Shown one piece after another: positions 31,022 to 35,927 of a stretch of 35,927 nt of DNA. A program made the position numbers and the translations under genes. Numbering within the stretch: position 1 is the first letter of the stretch; every line of letters begins with the position of its first letter. Source of the stretch: Anaerolineae bacterium (GTDB lineage: Bacteria; Chloroflexota; Anaerolineae; JAADDB01); NCBI GenBank assembly GCA_015489285.1, contig WGAA01000230.1, positions 1 to 35,927 of the forward strand, in the 5' to 3' direction. The notes under the pieces are model-generated. The model had not been told where the DNA came from. It saw only the letters and a program-made list of their open reading frames with translations, and did not search any database.

Positions 31022-32152
31022 ATGACAGAAGGGAGATCGCTGTACGACCTCACGTACGAGGAACTGGAGGACGTCATCAAGGGGTGGGGGCACCCCGCGT
31101 ATCGCGCGCGCCAAATTTGGGAATGGGTGTACGTGAAATTGGCAGGGGATTTCGCCTCGATGACGAACCTGCCCAAAGAGCTACGCCGGCAATTGGCCGA
31201 GACATTTTCCCTGGCGCCGCTCCACCTCCTCACGGAGGCCGTCTCCACCGACAAGCGCACGCGCAAGGGGCTTTTCCGCCTCCGGGGGAACGAGACCGTG
31301 GAAACGGTACTCATGTTCTACGACAAGCGCCGCACGCTCTGCATCTCCAGCCAGGTCGGATGTGGAATGGGATGCCCCTTCTGCGCCACGGGCCTGAGCG
31401 GCTTCCGTCGCAACCTGAGCACGGGGGAAATCGTGGGCCAGGTTCTCTATTACGCCCGATGGCTTGCCGACCCTCTGGCAGGAGGGGAGGAGGCTGCCCC
31501 CGTCCCCCGACCCACCCGGGTGACCAATGTGGTCTTCATGGGCATGGGGGAGCCGATGGCCAACTACGACCGGGGGTGGAAAGCCATCCGCATCCTCACG
31601 GACAAACGGGGCTTCAACCTGGGCGCACGTCGTATTACCGTGAGCACCGTGGGCCTCGTCCCCGGAATCCTGCGGATGGCCGAGGAGGACTTGCAGGTCA
31701 AATTGGCCGTCTCCCTCCACGCGGCAGAGGACGAGCTGCGGAATTGGCTTGTCCCCATTAACCGGCGTTACCCCCTGGCCGAACTGATGGACGCGGTGCG
31801 GACGTACATCCGGCGGACGGGGCGCCGTGTGACCTTTGAGTACGCGCTCATGCGGGACATCAACGACCGTCCGGAGCACGCTCGGGCCCTCATCCGGCGC
31901 TTGAAAGGGGTTCTGGCGCACGTCAACCTCATCCCGCTGAACCCCGTCGAGGGCTCACCGTTTCAACCGAGCACCCGACGGACCACCGTCCGTTTTGCCC
32001 GCATGCTGGAGGACGCGGGCATTCCTGTCACCGTGCGTTTGCGTCGCGGGCTGGACATCAACGCGGGATGCGGCCAACTCCGACGTCACGTTCTTCAGGG
32101 AGGACAAGAGGGGGAAAAGAGAGAGGGAGAAATCACCGGGGTAAGGGGGTGA
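31022..32152 (+). CDS. rlmN: 23S rRNA/tRNA (adenine-C2)-methyltransferase RlmN (radical SAM)
   Basis: [12 protein letters not shown]-terminus, radical-SAM [21 protein letters not shown]-terminal GCGQL. Confidence 0.92.
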   Translation: MTEGRSLYDLTYEELEDVIKGWGHPAYRARQIWEWVYVKLAGDFASMTNLPKELRRQLAETFSLAPLHLLTEAVSTDKRTRKGLFRLRGNETVETVLMFYDKRRTLCISSQVGCGMGCPFCATGLSGFRRNLSTGEIVGQVLYYARWLADPLAGGEEAAPVPRPTRVTNVVFMGMGEPMANYDRGWKAIRILTDKRGFNLGARRITVSTVGLVPGILRMAEEDLQVKLAVSLHAAEDELRNWLVPINRRYPLAELMDAVRTYIRRTGRRVTFEYALMRDINDRPEHARALIRRLKGVLAHVNLIPLNPVEGSPFQPSTRRTTVRFARMLEDAGIPVTVRLRRGLDINAGCGQLRRHVLQGGQEGEKREGEITGVRG

Positions 32153-32203
32153 CGAGACACGGAGGGATGTTCTCCGCACCCCCTTACCCCATCCTTGGCG
32201 GCG

Positions 32204-32386
32204 TTACACCGTCCGGCTCAACGTGCGCAGACAGCGAGTACACACCCGGATGCGCTGCTTACGACCGTTGCGATAAATGGTCACCTTCTGCACGTTCACG
32301 TTCCACCGTCGCTTGGTCGCGCGCATCGAGTGACTGCGATTATGGCCGAATTGAGGTCCCCGTCCGCATATGCTACACTTAGCCAT
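32204..32386 (-). CDS. rpmB: 50S ribosomal protein L28
   Basis: MAKCSICGRGPQFGHNRSHSMRATKRRWNVNVQKV. ATG 32386 after GGGAGAGGAGAAGG. Confidence 0.92.
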   Translation of the reverse strand: MAKCSICGRGPQFGHNRSHSMRATKRRWNVNVQKVTIYRNGRKQRIRVCTRCLRTLSRTV

Positions 32387-32592
32387 CCTTCTCCTCTCCC
32401 TGATAAAAGATGCCACCCGCAAGCGGGTCGTTCTCCACGTTGATCCGGAATTCGGTCCCGTACGCTGTCCGGCACCGTCTCCGGCACATTCGCAATTGGG
32501 GATATTACCTTACCCCTTCCCCCTTTGGCAAATTTGGAGAGGCGGTTGTAAATGACTAAGATTCCTGTGGAGACCCAGCGGAGGAGGTCCAT

Positions 32593-32961
32593 ATGAAGAC
32601 ACGAGAGGATACCGGGACGATACAAATATCCCCCGACGCGGTCGCGCATGTGGCGCGGGACGCGGCCCTCCAATCCTACGGCGTCGTAGGGTTGAGCCCG
32701 CGAAACGTGTGGGAACGCTTATGCGGGCTCCTGCGCGGGGACACATATCCCCAGGGCGTCCGTGTCCGCATCCGTGAAGGACAAATTACTGTCGATCTCT
32801 ACATTATCGTACAATACGGCACCCGTATTTCCGAGGTCGCTCAAGGGGTCATGAGCCAGGTAAAGTACGCCATCGAACAAACACTGGGCATACCGGTCGC
32901 AGCCATCAACGTCCACGTCAAGGGGCTCCGCATCAACCACGACCACCAGGAGGAGGAATAA
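32593..32961 (+). CDS. Asp23/Gls24-family envelope stress protein
   Basis: IQISPDAVAHVARDAALQSYGVVGL and ITVDLYIIVQYGTRISEVAQGV. RBS GGAGGAGG. Confidence 0.85.
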   Translation: MKTREDTGTIQISPDAVAHVARDAALQSYGVVGLSPRNVWERLCGLLRGDTYPQGVRVRIREGQITVDLYIIVQYGTRISEVAQGVMSQVKYAIEQTLGIPVAAINVHVKGLRINHDHQEEE

Positions 32962-32965
32962 AGGC

Positions 32966-34693
32966 GTGAGTCAGGAGATCATTCACCGCATTCCAAACCG
33001 CTACCCTCCCGGTACACCCGTTGAACGCCTGGACGGACAGGACATCCGCGCGCTGTTCTACGCGGCCTACGCCTGGTTGGAACGCCATTACGAGACCGTC
33101 AACCGCATGAACGTCTTCCCCGTGCCCGACGGGGATACGGGGACGAACATGCTCCTCACCGTCAAGCGAGCGTGGGAGGAGATCGAGGATGACCCCGACG
33201 AACACGTGGGCCACATCGTCGGCAAAATAGCCCACGGGGCCCTGATGGGCGCGCGGGGGAACTCCGGCGTCATCCTCTCCCAGGTCTTCCGGGGCATGGC
33301 CCGACGTCTGGAACAGGAAGCCACCATCGGAAGTCAGGAGCTGGCCGAAAGTTTGCAGGAGGGGAGTAAAACCGCCTACCGGGGGGTAGGCAAACCGGTC
33401 GAGGGGACCATCCTTACCGTCGTGCGGGAAACGGCCGAAGCCGCGCTCGCGGCCGCCCGCCTGAAGAAGGACCTGCGCTTCCTCTTCGAGCACACCCTGC
33501 AAGTGGCCTTTCGCGCCCTGGAACGCACCCCGGAGCAGCTCCCCGTGCTGAAGAAAGCCGGCGTCGTCGACTCGGGGGCCCTGGGGTTCTGCTACCTCTG
33601 GGAGGGCATGACCCGGCACCTGCGCGGGGAGATCATCGAGCGCACCGAGGGAGAACTCCGGGAAGGGGAAGCCGACCTCAGCGAACTTCCCGACGAATGG
33701 GGCTATGACATCCAATTCCTCCTCTACGCGGACCACGTGAGCGAGGAACACGTGAGGGAACAACTGGAAGCCCTGGGCGGGGAAAGCATCGTCGTCGGCA
33801 AAATAGGGGACGTCATCAAGGTACACGTGCACGCGCCGGACCCGGGCCCCTTCCTCTCCTATGGGGCCTCCCTGGGGGAACTGGACGACATCGTGGTCGA
33901 GAACATGACCTTGCAGACCCTCCGGCGCAAGGGGAAATTCCGGCCGGCGGCAAGGATAGCCTCGACCGCGTCATCCATCTCCTCCATCGTCCCTGAAGAC
34001 CCACCCATCAACCTCCTCGCCGACGAAGAGCTACAAAACCGGGTGGCCGTTGTCGCCGTCTCCCCGGGCGAGGGCTTCCACCGCGTCTTTCAGAGTTTGG
34101 GGGTGGACCGAATCGTCAACGGGGGACAAACCATGAATCCCAGCACGGCGGACCTCCTGGAGGCCGTCGAAAACGTCCCCCAGGAGGAGGTCATCATCCT
34201 CCCCAACAACAAGAACGTCATCCTGGCGGCGGAACAGGCCGCGGCCATGAGCAAAAAGCGGGTTCACGTCATCCCCACACGAACCGTGCCCCAGGGAATT
34301 GCGGCCATGCTCGCCTTCGACCCCGAAGGGGACGCGGATCAAAACGTCGAGGCCATGAAAGGGGCCATGGAGAACGTGCGCACCGGGAGCGTCACCGTCG
34401 CGGTCAACGACGCGGAATTCGACCACATCCGCGTGCGTCGGGGGGATGTCATCGGACTGGCCGACGGAAAACTCATCACCAAGGGCAACCGTATTCCTGA
34501 AGTGGTCCTCGATCTCCTCAAACGCATGAAAGCCGAGGAATTCGAAATCATTACCCTGTACTACGGCGACGGTATCAAGGAAGAGGAAGCTCAGAACCTG
34601 GCTCAAGAGGTGCAAAACACCTTCCCGGAACAGGAGATCGAGGTCATTTACGGAGGACAACCCCATTATCCCTACATCATCTCCCTGGAATGA
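32966..34693 (+). CDS. DAK2-domain protein (YloV family)
   Basis: NVFPVPDGDTGTNM, GARGNSGVILSQ, C-terminal DegV-like/uncharacterised domain. Conserved position after asp23. GTG start. Confidence 0.9.
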   Translation: MSQEIIHRIPNRYPPGTPVERLDGQDIRALFYAAYAWLERHYETVNRMNVFPVPDGDTGTNMLLTVKRAWEEIEDDPDEHVGHIVGKIAHGALMGARGNSGVILSQVFRGMARRLEQEATIGSQELAESLQEGSKTAYRGVGKPVEGTILTVVRETAEAALAAARLKKDLRFLFEHTLQVAFRALERTPEQLPVLKKAGVVDSGALGFCYLWEGMTRHLRGEIIERTEGELREGEADLSELPDEWGYDIQFLLYADHVSEEHVREQLEALGGESIVVGKIGDVIKVHVHAPDPGPFLSYGASLGELDDIVVENMTLQTLRRKGKFRPAARIASTASSISSIVPEDPPINLLADEELQNRVAVVAVSPGEGFHRVFQSLGVDRIVNGGQTMNPSTADLLEAVENVPQEEVIILPNNKNVILAAEQAAAMSKKRVHVIPTRTVPQGIAAMLAFDPEGDADQNVEAMKGAMENVRTGSVTVAVNDAEFDHIRVRRGDVIGLADGKLITKGNRIPEVVLDLLKRMKAEEFEIITLYYGDGIKEEEAQNLAQEVQNTFPEQEIEVIYGGQPHYPYIISLE

Positions 34694-34726
34694 GGAACGG
34701 GGACAAATCATCAGCCGAGGCGTGCG

Positions 34727-35590
34727 ATGACCGCTCAATTTCACATTGTCACAGATAGTGCAGCCTACTTGCCGAAGAAATTCTTGCAGACGCATCCCAT
34801 CGACGTCATCCCCATGACCGTCGAACTGGAGGGGAAACGGTATCGGGAGGGGGTGGACATCAACCACGTGGAGTTCCTGCGCAAACTTCAACGGTCCAAG
34901 GAGCGGCCCAAGATCATTGCCCCCTCCGTGCGGGATTGGATTCGCCTGTACCAGAAGCTGGTACGCACGTATCCCTACATCCTCGTTCTCGTCCACTCTT
35001 CACGCCTGAGCGAGGCGTACGCCCACGCGCGGGCCGCGGTCAACGAAGTCTTCGGTCGGGCCCGCTTCTGGGTCGTGGACACGCAGACCATCGGCTTCGG
35101 CCAGGGGGTCCTCGTGCGACACGCGATGCAGGCCATCGAGGAGGGACTGGAACCGCCCGAGGTGGTACGGCGGGTGCGGGCGATGATCCCCCACATTTAC
35201 GCCCAGATCCTCATGGACCGTCTCGATTACCTGGAGGCCTACGGACGTGTGGGCCCGGCGCAAGCGCTCCTCGGCACCATGCTCAACATCAAGCCGATCC
35301 TGACCATGGAAGACGGCGAGCTCATCCCCGTGGAAAAGGTCCTGAAATGGGAGCAAGGGGTGGACAAGCTCTTCGACTTCGTCGTCGAATTCCTGAACAT
35401 CGAAGAGCTCGCGGTCATCCAGTACGGCATGGATGACCTCACGGCCGCCCTGTTAGAACGGCTGGAAACGACGTTCGAGGGGAAGGAATTTCCCATCCTT
35501 CCCTATAGCCCCACCCTCGCAGCCCATATCGGCCCCAAGGCATTGGGCGTCATGGTCTACGAGGGACTGGAAGCATATAAGGTCATCTGA
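34727..35590 (+). CDS. DegV-family fatty-acid-binding protein
   Basis: FHIVTDSAAYLP N-terminus, SSRLSEAYAHA, TLAAHIGPKALGVMV. Confidence 0.9.
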   Translation: MTAQFHIVTDSAAYLPKKFLQTHPIDVIPMTVELEGKRYREGVDINHVEFLRKLQRSKERPKIIAPSVRDWIRLYQKLVRTYPYILVLVHSSRLSEAYAHARAAVNEVFGRARFWVVDTQTIGFGQGVLVRHAMQAIEEGLEPPEVVRRVRAMIPHIYAQILMDRLDYLEAYGRVGPAQALLGTMLNIKPILTMEDGELIPVEKVLKWEQGVDKLFDFVVEFLNIEELAVIQYGMDDLTAALLERLETTFEGKEFPILPYSPTLAAHIGPKALGVMVYEGLEAYKVI

Positions 35591-35597
35591 GGAGAAT

Positions 35598-35927
35598 ATG
35601 AGCACATCGGTCGATCCGTATGTCAAGCTGGTCAAGATCCTAAAACTGGAACAACAACAGGGGTATCAGGATCGGGCGGTCATCGGGGGCATGGCTCGGT
35701 TTGCCGCCGAATGGGAAAAGGAGGCCCAGGCCCTGGCGCGCAACAGCCAGCAGGCCGCGCTGGCCCGGGACATCACCGCGCTCCTCATCGGCTACACGGC
35801 CATCCCCGACGCGGAGACCCGCAAAGCCGTCATCGACGAAATCTTCAAACGCCTGCGGGATACCGTGCCCGAGGCCCTGGAACAGGCGGAAACCCGACGG
35901 CCCCGCGGGGGCAAGCCTTCCCCACCC
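35598..35927 (+). CDS. 5' portion of a CDS running off the window, probably ATP-dependent DNA helicase RecG (by synteny)
   Basis: ATG 35598 after TGAGGAG. Open frame to the window end (110 codons). Its position after rpmB-asp23-yloV-degV is where recG usually sits. The N-terminal sequence itself is not diagnostic. Confidence 0.45.
   Translation, partial: MSTSVDPYVKLVKILKLEQQQGYQDRAVIGGMARFAAEWEKEAQALARNSQQAALARDITALLIGYTAIPDAETRKAVIDEIFKRLRDTVPEALEQAETRRPRGGKPSPP

Overview
High-GC bacterial chromosomal window with one conspicuous AT-rich spacer (~2955-3480). It holds about 32 protein genes, no rRNA, tRNA or CRISPR, and no recognisable transposase, integrase or phage genes. Gene order (rpmB / asp23-yloV-degV-probable recG) and the Thr/Pro-linker FG-GAP surface protein tentatively suggest a Chloroflexota-like or related Terrabacteria lineage; that is a guess from memory, not a search result. 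Layout: (i) 48-6663: FG-GAP surface protein, a small ORF plus sirtuin cobB, rsmI, and PGI/PMI. (ii) 6684-7144 and 17664-18010: two complex intergenic repeat clusters built from degenerate heptamers (NNACGNN) and a conserved ~31-nt element. They lie in inverted orientation and bracket a ~10.4-kb block. (iii) Inside that block: a NarL-type response regulator, a cytoplasmic HisKA_3 kinase and coaX, then a tightly packed 4-gene operon (10429-16618). The operon encodes an Otr-family octaheme cytochrome c, a 961-aa heptaheme-c/diheme-b (CbcL-like) fusion, and a split YeeE/YedE sulfur transporter. The transporter's second half carries a Cys-less rhodanese domain and ends in a SoxY-like GGGCG tail. 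This operon is my top candidate for an undescribed respiratory/sulfur-trafficking system. An orphan membrane protein follows it. (iv) 18770-30641: a 12-kb co-directional minus-strand array. It encodes a fused double BMP binding protein, an ABC ATPase, two permeases, a GntR/HutC regulator, a YgeY-like M20 hydrolase, a YgeW-like carbamoyltransferase, carbamate kinase, and a polar amino-acid ABC pair with no binding protein. I read it as a putative ATP-yielding ureido-compound/nucleoside catabolic module with unknown substrate. (v) 31022-35927: housekeeping rlmN, rpmB, asp23, yloV, degV and the 5' end of a probable recG. All functional calls rest on motifs read by eye; no database search or folding computation was possible.
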